A DNA stretch of 64,000 nucleotides from Camelus dromedarius. Taxonomy: Eukaryota. Location of the stretch: positions 48,050,001 to 48,114,000 of the forward strand of contig NC_087450.1 of assembly GCF_036321535.1 (NCBI RefSeq). Direction: 5' to 3'. The position numbers were made by a program, and so were the translations under genes. Under the pieces are notes generated by a model. That model was not told where the DNA came from. It did no database searches and saw only the letters and a list, made by a program, of their open reading frames with translations. Position 1 is the first letter of the stretch. Every line of letters begins with the position of its first letter. Positions 12,880 through 25,093 of this stretch are shown one piece after another.

Positions 12880-13300
12880 TGATGAGGGGCTGAGCTGTGG
12901 CAGAGGAGATAGGGAGGAGTCAGGAATGAGAAGCTACAAAGGTGTTGGGGTTACAGCTCCCAGGGGGATGGTGAGAGCATGCACTGAAATGAGGCATGCA
13001 GAAGGGAAAGCAGGCTTGCCAGGGAAGTGAGGGTTTGGGGCTGGGATATATGAAATCTCAGGTGGGAAGACATTAGGCTGAAGGTCGCTGAATAGAAAGC
13101 TGGAGGCTAGAGACACAAATTTTTGGAGTCATTAGGGTTTAGGAAGTACTTGGTCAAACTGTAGAAAGAGAAAAGTAGAGCAAGACTAGAACCATGGTGA
13201 CTACGTCCATAAAGAGGTCAGAAAAAGAAGGAAAAAGGAGAAGAGATACAGGGAGTAACCAGAAGGAGGTAGAATGCATGTAGTATAGCATTGTCTACGT
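12880..13300 (-). mobile_element. L2 LINE fragment
   Basis: Purine-rich gagtcaggaatga...ctggaggctagagacacaaatttttggagtcattag, typical of antisense L2. Confidence 0.55.
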
Positions 13301-14429
13301 TCTCTGGGATGATCAGTGAAAGTCTCATTTTTCTTCCATGCAGACATATTTTTGACATAAGTGAAATTGAGTCCTTTAAGTGTCCAATATTAACCAAGAA
13401 CAAAATATTTTAGCTCTTGTAAAGACAAAATATTCTGAAATACACTGCATACTTCCCTATGTGCTGAACAGAGTTGAACATAATGGAGACACTGGGCTGT
13501 TAAACAGCATCATGCTTAGAACTGAAGGACCCCACCAGGTAGGACCCACTGTCCCAGCGGTGACCAGACCCAGACTGTGGTGCTTCCTAAGTGTACATGT
13601 GGAATTCCAGAGTTTTGCAGTTGCTTCATCTCCGATTAGCTTCTAGCAACCATTTCTTGCTTCTGTTATCTTTCCCCTCTCTTTACTCTTGCCAGATTGG
13701 GAGTTTGCAAAACTTGCTTTGAATTTTGAATCCAGGTAATCAGTCTTTTAGGAAGTTCATATTTTTTAAAAGAACAATTCTGAATTAAAGCCCAAGGGAT
13801 TGATGATGAAAGAAAGAACCAGATTTGGGTGCACACACTTGGTGATCCTTATCTGCTCTGTCAGCTCTTCAGGTCTTTTCTCAGTCTAGGCTCTGGGTGG
13901 GAGAGGTTTCCAGATAAGAGAGAACCGGTAGAAAAAGCAGAGACCCTGACAATCTTGCCACTGAGGACCTCTTACTCTGACAGAGATCAATGGCACACAC
14001 TGTCACATCATCACAAATGTGGAGGACAGACACTATGCACCAGAGTTAGTCAAGTTGTAGCCCAGGCAACTAACAGAGTGACATATCCCACAAAGTGTCC
14101 CTCCCCAGAGCCAGAGATCATTTCTCGTGCTCACTCCCACAAAACCACAGGCACACTCCTCCTAGTGCCTGAACGAACTTTTCAGTCATGAACCCAGCTT
14201 CCTGCATGCCAGAGAGCATCAGGGATCTGGGTAGCAAGGTGCTGACAAAGGGTGACTCACAACCTACTTGCTGGGGGTCGAGGCCAAAAGCTTTAGACAT
14301 CTTGGTGAAAACACAAAACAGAACAAGAATGCAGCCAAGTGGATATGATGGAGAATTAGGGATTCCAGTTTGCACCCAAACCACTGGCCTCCTTGCCAGT
14401 GAAGCTGACTTCAGGCATCTTTCTTTCTC

Positions 14430-14568
14430 CACGTGTGGTCCTAGGACCAGCAGTGCCAGCATCACTTGAGAGCTTGTCAGAAATGCAGACTCCTCATCCC
14501 AGCCTACAGAAGCAGAATGTGCATTTTAACAAATCCTCAGGTGAACTGGGTGCACACTGAGAGCACGG
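14430..14568 (+). mobile_element. MER5A-like DNA transposon
   Basis: gtgtggtcctaggaccagcagtgccagcatcacttgagagcttgtcagaaatgcagactc...gcattttaacaaatcctcaggtga. Confidence 0.8.
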
Positions 14569-14609
14569 CCTTGCTCACCTCATAATCCGTTTAGGTGATT
14601 AAAGAACTG

Positions 14610-14718
14610 TACCAGGAGTCAGGAGAAACCTGGGTTCCTGCCCTAGTTTCGCTACTTACTGGGTGCTGTGAATTTGCAGAAGTCCTTTCTCCTTTCTGGC
14701 CCCTGTTCTCCCAACTGC
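14610..14718 (+). mobile_element. MIR-family fragment
   Basis: gagtcaggagaaacctgggttcctgccctagtttcgctacttactggg. Confidence 0.55.
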
Positions 14719-15297
14719 TAGCTGGAGTCCAGTCCAACGGGCTCAGGGCTGCATTCATGTCCTAACTGTTAAAGCAAGGTGTGAAGGTGCCCTTGGTGCC
14801 ATCAGAGCCACTTCGCTTTACAGACCAGAGTCTCCTTCTTCCTCATGGGATTTCAGAAGTGTTTCTCACTGTCACGAAGGCTATGGCATAAATCCTGACA
14901 TCCTCTGGACACATTCCAAAGCCTCCTGCAGCCCCAGATACCCAACCAAGCTAGCATCATTAGAATCCAGCCTTTCCCCCGGATCAGGAGTGTATGAAGG
15001 TGCTGGGCTGGCCTGAGACCTTCCCCTCCTCCACCTCAACATGCAGCTTCTTAGAGGTGGCCACACCCTGAACGCCCAGAATCCCAGCAAAGAGGCGACG
15101 GGCCATCCCTTTCCAAATACCCAGATGGGGTATCTGGCTTCCTTTAGTCCATGCAGTTCTGTGCTTGAAATTCTGCCAACAAATGAATCCCAGTATATTT
15201 AATAGTTAAAACAACTCTGCATTCCAAGCACTAATGCAGCTGACATAATACTGGTCACGAGTGGTTAAACAGGATGCCTCCTCTTGATCTGCTGGAG

Positions 15298-15299
<2 letters not shown>

Positions 15300-15330
<31 letters not shown>

Positions 15331-15349
15331 TGTGTGTGTGTCTGTGTGT
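15300..15349. repeat. (TG)n microsatellite, interrupted
   Basis: Seen directly. Confidence 0.95.
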
Positions 15350-15742
15350 AAGCATTACATACAAAGTTTCATGGAGCCCATGTTTCTGCCCACTGCCGGA
15401 ATCTATACCTCAAAGTCAACTGAGAAGTTACTCTTCCTTCCTAAAGGACTTTAAATGCCGTTTCCTTCAAGGAAGCACGATGGAGCGGGCAAAGAGGGGA
15501 AAGCAGACCCCTCCCCGAGTCCACAGAGTGTCCAGCGAGGCTGCAGGCTGCCCATGAGTCCAGGTGCCCATTGAACTTGGAACAAATGCAAAAGCAGATT
15601 GTAGGAAATTGATACCCAGAGAGGGCTGGTGTGGGGAGAGCAGCACGCACTCATCCAGGCTCCGCAGAGAACAGGAACCTAACAGACAAAAAGGGACGCC
15701 AGGCAGGTCCAGAACAGTCCTTTCCACTGTCCCTGGAGAAGG

Positions 15743-15769
15743 GTGTGTGTGTATGTGTGTGTGTGTGTG
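15743..15769. repeat. (TG)n microsatellite
   Basis: Seen directly. Confidence 0.9.
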
Positions 15770-16744
15770 AGGGGGCTGTATTTTGGTTTTCGTTAATTCA
15801 TCAGGTAGGAGGAGAGCCTAGAAGCTTGTATCACACTGTTGCTGTCCTTGTTTACAACGTGTGGTGTGTATTTATTTACATCAATCTGAGGGTAAACACT
15901 ATACGGTTTCTCTCCACCGAATGGGCTCAGGCATTTTTGACAGGTCCTCCCTCTGTTCCCCCCAAGGCCTGAACGCAACAAATTCTTATGGAGAGAGATC
16001 AGGACTCAACATTCCAGGTTTGTTTTGCAAACAAAAAGGTCAGCAGCCCTGGCAGAATGCCGCTGTGCCCAGACAGTCTCTCCTCTAAGCGTGCAAAGTG
16101 TTAGCAGTGAGTTTGAGGTGGTGACGGGTGCAGCGTTATGACATTCAAGGGACAAGTCCAATCTGGCCCCCCAGGCGGAGGTGGGAGAGTCGGCCTCCTT
16201 AAGTCCTCAGCCATGTGGCTGTCTGAGGGCCTGGTTCCCTGCTGTGACAAGTGCTGAGTGTCACTCTGCATTACAGGCCAAGGACCAACCCACCCTGACA
16301 GCCAGGCTCCTTCTACAGAGTATGCTCCAATTTCTGCAGCTTGGGGGCCCCCTGGGTCTCGAGGACCGGGTCACCCCAATTATGATGCTGGGAGCTTCCA
16401 GGGCGATAAAGGAAATTTCACCCCTCAGCTGTCAGGTTGAGGCTGCGTGTTGCCTGAGAGAGTCAACAAGAGGAAATCAAGTTAATCCAGTGGTGTGACT
16501 GTGTCTGTGTTGACAAAAGGGACCCAGCATTCAGGAAGGACGCTTGTCACTCTGAAAGGGTGAGCACTTGGGTTTTAAGAAAGAGGTAGGCCTCAGAGAA
16601 GGTCTGTGTTTCCCAGCACTTCATTTTTAGTACCAGGAACCCAAGAATCACCTCTGAAATAAGAAATGTCAAAATTTATGGGGGTCAGAAGGCAGGTGCA
16701 GGCCTTGGATTTTTGTTGTTGCTGTTGTTTTTTTTCTCAAAAGA

Positions 16745-16925
16745 TTTTTTTCTTGTGGTATAACACACAGGATGTAAAACTGACCATCTGAAGCATACAC
16801 TTCAACGGCATTAAGTACATTCACAATACTGCGTAACCATCACTATGGACACCTGGGTAGCTTCCACCTTTTGGCTATTGTGAACAACGCTGCCACAAAC
16901 AGGAGAATGCAAATATCCACTGGAG
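16745..16925 (-). mobile_element. Old L1M 3' fragment
   Basis: ggcattaagtacattcacaatactgcgtaaccatcac...ttccaccttttggctattgtgaacaacgctgc. Confidence 0.75.
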
Positions 16926-17259
16926 GGGCCTTCAGTGGATATATTAGTGTTAACCCTTCTCCCGTCTGGTGAGAGGTGGACTCCAGCTGGTGTCTGAGCG
17001 AGGCTGCAAAGCTGAGAGCAGACTGGGGTCAAGGTCTCCGGGAAGAGGATGGAGAGGCACTCGTGCACCACGGCTGCACTCAGGACTGAAAGGATTCCAA
17101 TTCCACAAAAGCAGAGGCTGCTCTGCCCCTTTCCTCCCAGAGCCATCCTGGGACATCCTGACGTTAGCCACGTGTCTCAGTGCTACCTCACCCCCTGTGG
17201 AAAGGGAAGACACAAGGACCAGAACAGGACCCTTCACCTGGCCCATCTGGTAGGGCTGC

Positions 17260-17435
17260 ATTTTTTTTTAAATTAACTAATTTGATGGAGGTATAATTCC
17301 CGGGAAGTGACTGCTCAGATGCTAAGTGTACAGTCTGACAAGTTCTGATAAATGTGTGCACCCACTGCACCGCTACCCCAGTCCAGACACGGATCGTTTC
17401 CATCAGCTCATAAAGTTCCTTCGTGCCAAACTGCA
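17260..17435 (-). mobile_element. Old L1M 3' fragment
   Basis: tttttttaaattaactaatttgatggaggtataat...taagtgtacagtctgacaagttctgataaatgtgtgcaccc. Confidence 0.7.
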
Positions 17436-20400
17436 TGTTAGCAGCTTCTTTTAGAGCCAAATTACTGTGGCATCAGCAGGGTTAGGGGACTTAGAAAAAG
17501 CCTGTGGGGGCTTCTAGGCTGTGAAACCCCAAATGTCCTCAACTCTGAGCCACCACCAAAGGCATTTTTTTCCTTTCTAATTTTGCAGTTGATCACCACC
17601 CACAGTAGTCTGGCAAGGTAAATTTTGAAAAACTGGAGCCCAGAGCAGATTGTGGAACCTCAGCTTCACTCAACAGTTTGAAACCCATTCACTCTACAAG
17701 CGTGTGCCCAGCATCCACTCCTTGCTAGGCCTAGGGCTGGGCGTGGCCGTGGCCGTGGCAGGTCTGCGGTTAGGAATGGCCCCTCCGGGCAGGGGGGAGA
17801 CACTGAGCAGAGTGGACAGAATGACATCTGGGCGGGAACACAAGATTGACTCTTGTGATGCCGCGAAGGCATACATCCTTCTGGCCGAGACCAACAAAGA
17901 AGGCTCTTTGGAAGCACAAGGGTTCAGGTTTGCCCTTTCGAGGATGCACAGCTTTTCAACAGAAGCCAGAAAGAGATGAAAACCCCTTCTCTTTCTAGGC
18001 TGGGAGGACACTGTGTGTCCTCCGGGCACTGAGACACAAGAGCTATCATTTATGATGTAACTTACCATGATGTACTAAGGCTGGGCTCAGTGTTTCACAT
18101 TCAGGGTTTTACTTGACAAAAATAAAATAAAAATGCTGAGGGAAGTCCTGACGAGGAAAGTCCTACCAGGTGCAATGCGGCTGAGGGACCCCCAGATTCA
18201 CAAAGCATTGCACCTGGATTCCGCCCCGGGGCTGGGTGTTTCTGAAGCCCGTGCTGTTCTGCTGTTTACTGTGCTGTGGGAAGAAACACACGAAAACTGG
18301 AGCACAGCCTGCTGTGTGCACAAGGGGAAGAAGGGAAGGAATAATGCCGCTCTGAATGGCATTCCAAAGACCGGGCACTTGCAACGACAGTGGTTCCTCA
18401 CTGGATTCAAATTTCACTTGAAATGGCAGGAGCAGTATTACCGTCACAAAAAGAGCTCCGCAAATTCTGCATTATGCATACATATACCCGTTTTTTTTTT
18501 TTAAATGCCATAGGAAAATCTCATTTATTTAAAACAATGGGGGCTTATTAGCAAAATTATTTTTTTCTAAAAGCAGTCTTATTTATACAAAATGGCCCAA
18601 AGCAGGCACATCAAGGTTGCAAGCACAGTTGGCTTGTAATCAGCACGACTGCCCAGGAACGGCCGTTCCAGAGGGTGTGCTGGCGGGGGAGTTCTGTTCT
18701 CTTTGTTACTGTGATGCCCCGGTTCGTGATTATCCTGTTAGTTCCTAGAGAGGGGGGCTGGTCCTCACAGTATTACAGACATCACCTCCCTTCCCTTCCC
18801 CCTAAGTGCCCCACCCCTCTCGAGCTACCATGGGGGTAGGTTTCTGGCAGCTCTCGGGGCTGTTTGCCTTTTATTCTCGGGTCAGGTCAAGGCTCCTGAG
18901 AAGCCACACAGAAGCTGTGGCTGCGACCTGGAGCTCTTTGCATTGCATCATATGCTGAACTCCTGGGAGAGGCTCGTGAATTCTCCCAAATGCTGCCAGT
19001 CCTGAGTCCTGCCAGGTGAAAGTGTCAAGTCTCCTCAACAGCCTAGTCCAGCCCCCAGGCTGGGTGGAGCAGCAGCCTCAGGGGGTGGAGGGGTGAGGGG
19101 CAGGGAAAGGTTCCTTAAGTGAGTCTCATTTCCATACTGCCTTGAATGGTGTGCCCAGAAAGACAGACGTCCCTGGATGCACCTTCCACATTACATCTGC
19201 AGCCCCACGAATGGCCAACAGGCAGCCTACTTGGACACACATGCACATGTGCACACACATTCAACCTACACACACGTACACACATGGTTTCTACATAGCC
19301 CCTGGACACCCAGGGCTACCGTATGTGTACACTATCCATCATCCTCCCCAAATATCTCCAAACCACTTTACGTTTATGGAGGGATTGAGAGCCACCCGAC
19401 AAATAGAAGCCCTCGTTGGCAGAAGACCTATTGAGCTCCCCAAAGACTAGGCCCCTCGTACTCCTCTCTGAGCTTGGGGTCTCTGAGTTGCAAAGATGCA
19501 GGGTTGGTGGGAGCTCTCCCCCGGCCCCCAGGACTCCTCCCTGCCAGCCGAGCTCCTCCTCTCTGCCCACCTGCACACACAGCTGCAGGGCTATCTCCTT
19601 TCTCGACAAAAGCCCACCTCTCCCCAGCTGGTGGTCTGGAGCCAGCCAATCCCCTACTTTGTCCTGAATGCTCCTTGATTTGCAGAGGCCTGCAGTGACA
19701 AAGGAACAACTCCCAACCCTAACCCTTCTCCCAGTGCAGAGGGTGAGGACACACCTCCTCCTGTCCACACTCACACTCTGATCCCCAAACCACAGGCTCC
19801 CCACCCTCCAGGCTTCACCACATCTTGTAAGCTCCTCATTCTCATGGTTTTGTCTGGAAAGAAGTAGTTTAGCCATGAAAGCAAGCACAATTTAGGTTTG
19901 ACATAGGAGCCAGAGTCTAACCACGACCACTTGGATCCCGTGATGGCCTGTGGGCAGGGGCCTCACTCTTGACCCAGGAGCAGGAAGCCGGGAACGGTGC
20001 AGAGGGCGTGTGGCCCACACACACTCCACCAGCTCCCACAGGCCTCCACTCTGCTGCAAGCAAAGCACATTGCAAACGAGAGTATTTTCTCTCCTTGCCA
20101 GTGAGCCGTTGCTGCGTATTCCAGGAGGAGGCCATTACAGGGAGTTAATAGAGTTTTAAATTTGTTTTTAAATTTTATAATGCAATTCATCAAATTCAGC
20201 ATCTGAGCACAGCATTCATGTTCAGACCAGGCTGCATATGTCAAACTGGCCCCAGCCTCTCCCTACCCTTTTCCCCTTAAAATGAGGAAAGATGAACTCT
20301 TTAGGGTAACTGCCAGGCATGGCCCCAAGTGGGGTGGGAAGACAGGCAGCAGAGTGGGTTCTGGTCTGTGGGGGTCATTCTGGAACTGGCCTACGGAAAG

Positions 20401-21604
20401 GCCAGTGACTTATTTGAGATGCTCTGGGAACCTTTCACAGTCAAGTGTGATCGAGGCTGCCCTAGGCCTTGGTTGCCTCACTGAGGTGGTCACCTGGGAG
20501 TCACTGTGACTTGGTTCTTTCAGACACACATCTGTTACAGGACCAGGTGTCAGTGAGAATGGGCGACACCCAGGGCACAGATGTGGAAAGCAAACGGTGC
20601 AGCCTGCTGGTCAGAGACAGATGGGAGCTCATTTCTGCTATTTTTCACCGACAAGGATTTCCTTTAAGGATGTGTTGGGCCGAACTTAGGATTATTATTG
20701 TGACTTGGGACCCGCTGCTGCTGAATTGGAGGTAAGTGAGATTTATGGGAACACTCTTTTGTGAAGAACATCTCAGGTTTCAGGACTTGCAGCGATCTTC
20801 TGTACCATGAAGTGCAGTCAATCTTGCCTTTTATGAAGCGTTAACAAGTGCCTTCGGTTTGAGGGAAAGTTCTGGAATAGACGTTGCCAGCAAGTGGAAT
20901 TCTGTCGGTCCCAGAGCTGACCTCAATAAAACAGCTTCCTTCTGGCAGCCCTGATGGCAGGACCCTCAGCTCTTCCAGGCCACAGAGTCCTAAGAGAGCG
21001 TGGAGAGCCCACTTGCCTGGTACAACCTGGAAGTGGGTGGGTGTTGGGGGCATAAGTATCAGAGCACAACACGGGCCTGGTCTTGGTGCTCATTTGCCCC
21101 TGAAATGTGCCTGTTCTCGGCTAACAGAACCCGCAGGAGATGGCTGCACCCCAGCCCCAGCTGTCTGGGCCCAGGTCAGGAGTGGCCAGTAGGTGGCAAT
21201 AACTTGTGGTCACTACTGATCGGCGGCCTCCACTGTGCTGGTGACAAGGAAGAGGCTTCAGGCAGGCTTCTGCTGAGCCGCAGAAACCATCCTCCTCCAT
21301 TGCTCTGAGCACTGAGCTCTGCGTTTCTTGAAAGGAACAGATCACAAACAGAAAGCTAACCCTTCCTCGAAGCCACACACCCAGTCAAACATCCTGTACT
21401 ACTTTTCAGCTCTTGGGGGACTTTTGCCCAGTGATTTATGCCCTCCCGGCTGGAGCCTCAGTGCCCTCCTTCTACGTAGCTTCAGACATTCTGCTTCTAA
21501 TTTCACACCAATCACGATGCCAAGGTGGGCTGGGGCAAGAATCCTGCATGGCCTCGGCTTTCCTGAGCAGATCTGGAAACAGATGCTGAGGGCTGGGCCC
21601 AGGT

Positions 21605-21667
21605 GGGATGCGGGAGCTGGGGTGGGGCTGGGCTTGGCAGCCGGCAGGGGCAGGGGGTGGGCTGGGG
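21605..21667 (+). other. G-quadruplex-capable tract, nine G3+ runs
   Basis: gggatgcgggagctggggtggggctggg...ggggcagggggtgggctgggg. Confidence 0.6.
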
Positions 21668-21787
21668 TGGAGGAAGAGCATCTTGAGGTGATGAAAGTCT
21701 TTTTGCATTCAAGGGCTTGCCAGCTTCCAACTTGCTACTTATTGCATTGAAAAATATTCCACACGATTGAGGAACTATTTTCCAAAA

Positions 21788-22039
21788 NNNNNNNNNNNNN
21801 NNNNNNNNNNNNNNNNNNNNNNNNNNNNNNNNNNNNNNNNNNNNNNNNNNNNNNNNNNNNNNNNNNNNNNNNNNNNNNNNNNNNNNNNNNNNNNNNNNNN
21901 NNNNNNNNNNNNNNNNNNNNNNNNNNNNNNNNNNNNNNNNNNNNNNNNNNNNNNNNNNNNNNNNNNNNNNNNNNNNNNNNNNNNNNNNNNNNNNNNNNNN
22001 NNNNNNNNNNNNNNNNNNNNNNNNNNNNNNNNNNNNNNN
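21788..22039. other. N-run, 252 nt
   Basis: Counted directly. Confidence 0.95.
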
Positions 22040-22838
22040 CCTGGCAACGTTCCACCGCAGTGGAACTGACAGGTCCTGGCAGAGGACAAGCCGAAAGACG
22101 GCCAACAGGAAGGGCGTGTCAGCTCCTCCTCCTTGGTGGGAAGGCCAGGGAAGGACAAAGACCTCACTAATTCCAGAACAGCCCCCGGAGAGAACTTGGG
22201 CAACCAGAGAGCTCTGGACCAGGGTTCTAGAGCCAGGCTCATTGCTTCTTTAGCTGTGTGACCATATGGCATCAATCACACAGCCTGTCTGTTCTTCCCT
22301 TAAAAGGGGTCCTGAACTGGGGATCACGCCGGGTGTGTGGGAAAGAAAGAGGTCCCAGGACTGCATGCGCACCTAAGAGTTCTTCCAAAAAGTAAATACA
22401 TGTTTCCAGAGGGCAATATGGGTTTAGGAAATAGCCTTTACTCTGAGCTCCTTTCCCCATTGACTGAGGGTTAATAGCATGACATTATTAGTTTAATTTC
22501 ACAGTCTAATCAGTTTCCCGCATTATTGATCGAAGGACTTGGAGCGACTGTAATTTTGTAAAGCTCTTGGCTAAGGGAATAAAGATAGGTGGCTCTCAAG
22601 CTTGGGGGCCAGGTGAAGGAGCGCCTGGTCTGATCACACAGCTCATCAGACGGGGGCACACAATCCACAGGTAAACTGTCCGCCCACTGCTGAACCACGT
22701 GGAGGGTCAGAATGCCCAGACCCCACAGGGATGACAAATGGAAATGGAGCATCGGAAATGGAGACCAGCCTCGGAGAGAGCCCCTCTCTCAGGCAATACT
22801 GGAGCCCAAATCTACCTCGAATGCCATTCTGAGCCCCC

Positions 22839-23136
22839 NNNNNNNNNNNNNNNNNNNNNNNNNNNNNNNNNNNNNNNNNNNNNNNNNNNNNNNNNNNNNN
22901 NNNNNNNNNNNNNNNNNNNNNNNNNNNNNNNNNNNNNNNNNNNNNNNNNNNNNNNNNNNNNNNNNNNNNNNNNNNNNNNNNNNNNNNNNNNNNNNNNNNN
23001 NNNNNNNNNNNNNNNNNNNNNNNNNNNNNNNNNNNNNNNNNNNNNNNNNNNNNNNNNNNNNNNNNNNNNNNNNNNNNNNNNNNNNNNNNNNNNNNNNNNN
23101 NNNNNNNNNNNNNNNNNNNNNNNNNNNNNNNNNNNN
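22839..23136. other. N-run, 298 nt
   Basis: Counted directly. Confidence 0.95.
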
Positions 23137-23354
23137 CATTCATTGCCAGTACTGATGCCCATTGTTAAGAGGCAAGTCCTCGAGGGATGCTGGGAATGGG
23201 CCTGCAGACCTGTCTCCTGGACCTGATCGCCTAGGGGCTGGGCTGCTCCTGACGTCTGAGCTCACTTGGGATGAACCACGTGAAGCCCTCGGTTCAAGGA
23301 GCCAGCTCCGCATGGAGGGTCCCAGGAGTCAGGGGCCAGGCCTGGAGTCTACCA

Positions 23355-23480
23355 GTTGGCGCTAGTTTCTTCATCTCTGAAATGGGATTTTACATTTCAC
23401 ATTTACATTTTACAACGTCGCTGGGAGGATCAACCTTCCTCCTTTGGGCTAAGTGCTTTGGGAGTCTGAAGCACTGAACA
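23355..23480 (+). mobile_element. MIR-family fragment
   Basis: ctagtttcttcatctctgaaatgggat...gggaggatcaa...taagtgctttggg. Confidence 0.5.
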
Positions 23481-24429
23481 AACCCTGCTGCTTTCACGGC
23501 AAGTCGAGACTAACCAGACTCACTGTTAAGAAAGAGCCCAGCTCAGATCCTTTCTCTGCCAGCGAGCTCCTCCGCCCACTGGGAGAAGCCAGTCCCCTCA
23601 CCCACCTCCCCGATCCCGGCTCTCACACTCAGCCCGCGTGCAGTAGGACAGGCGTGTGTCTCCTGAGTGCACCCGAAGTGCCAGGCACAGCCCAGGCTTT
23701 CAGTGCCCAAGACCAGTGTTGATGGGGTGAGCTGAGGGGGTGATTTCCGAGGGCGGCTGGGAGGGAGGAGAAGCAAGCTGCCTCGGCGGAGGAGCTGAAA
23801 GGAGTTCAGTGTGGCGGGAACAGCCTGCTCAGGCGGGGAAGTGCGCGTTTCCTCTGGATGAGGAGGGTCAAAGGTTTCCTAGTCTGGTTTCAGAACTGGG
23901 AACAAAGGGTGAAGACGGTTCAACTCTCCCATCCCCACGGCCACCTTCCAGGCTCCTCAGCAGGAAGGGGCACGACCCCCATCCACAAACGCGCTCTGCC
24001 AGTTCAGTGTGGGCGCTGCTGACCCCACTCCTGTTCCTCTGCATAAACCCCATTAGGGGCTTGCCATCACCCAGCCAGCTCGGGGGGGGGGGGTGCTCGG
24101 GGACAAAACAAACAAACAAAACTAGCTAGACCCAAATTTGCAGCATTTGCCTGTCTCTGTTGTATACACATTCCCACTTCAGACTGCAAGCTACCAAAAG
24201 GATGTCACAGAACACAGAGCTGGGAAGAGATGTTGATACCGGGCTCTCGGGAGCCACCAAGCCAGCCCCAGCTCCGCATACTCATGGGACTTGTGACGGA
24301 GTGTGGAGGGTGAGGCCACAGAGATGTTGCCCCAAGGCTGCTCTGCTGCTGCTCCGTGACAGGAAGACCCCACTCCCAGCGGCAGAGAGCAGAGCTGGCC
24401 ACCACACTGCCACGCTCCCCTGTCTTTCC

Positions 24430-24700
24430 CTGCTCTGACCCTCAGAGGCTCTGATTCATCAGATCATGTCCAAACACCTCACCTGGCTTTCATGTCTTTT
24501 CACGCCTGGCACACTCCCCAGGCTCTTGTCCCTCTGTCTCTGCAGAGGCCCCTGTACCAGCCTCCCTGTCTCCTCCTGATTTCCAGTCACACCTTGGCTA
24601 CCCCGCTACATGGTTCCCTCTGCCTGTGACACCTCCCCTCCTGCATTCCCTCACTAAACCCTTCCTGTCCTTTAAGGCTGAACATCCCCAGGCCCTGCAC
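24430..24700 (+). mobile_element. L2 LINE fragment
   Basis: Pyrimidine-rich ggttccctctgcctgtgacacctcccct...ccttcctgtcctttaaggctgaac. Confidence 0.45.
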
Positions 24701-25046
24701 CTGCTGGCAGTGAACCCCACGGTGCACACGGCAGGCCCCTGCTTGACTGCACTCACTGAGCATCTCCTGCAGAACAAGGACTCGAGGCCTGCTGCTTGAT
24801 GAGCCAACACTCCTCAGGGAGGCATACCGAGTCAAGGTTCTTCCTGACCTGACTTTACTTTCTGAGCTTTGGAGACTCCCTCTCAGGGAGGCAGAGGAGG
24901 CCAAGTATGAGGGTCCAAGGTCCATGCTTCCCACAACTTGGGCCCAGGGATCTCAAGGACTCACTTGCCACGGCCAGAGAAGGCCGGAGAGGTGGCTGGG
25001 TGACATCGAGAGGGAGCTTAGTGGCTGCCCAGGCTGCAGCGAGACT

Positions 25047-25093
25047 CCTGTGGCAGAGACACAGGATCCCTGTGGCAGAGACACAGGATCCCT
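25047..25093. repeat. Perfect 22-bp tandem duplication
   Basis: cctgtggcagagacacaggatc at 25047-25068 and 25069-25090, followed by cct. Confidence 0.95.

Noticed and set aside
21512-22275. ORFs spanning N-runs, including an FHCGGTLP motif reminiscent of CUB or protease domains
   Set aside because: Length is inflated by X codons; eight residues are not evidence; the flanks look non-coding. The same applies to the other X-containing ORFs.
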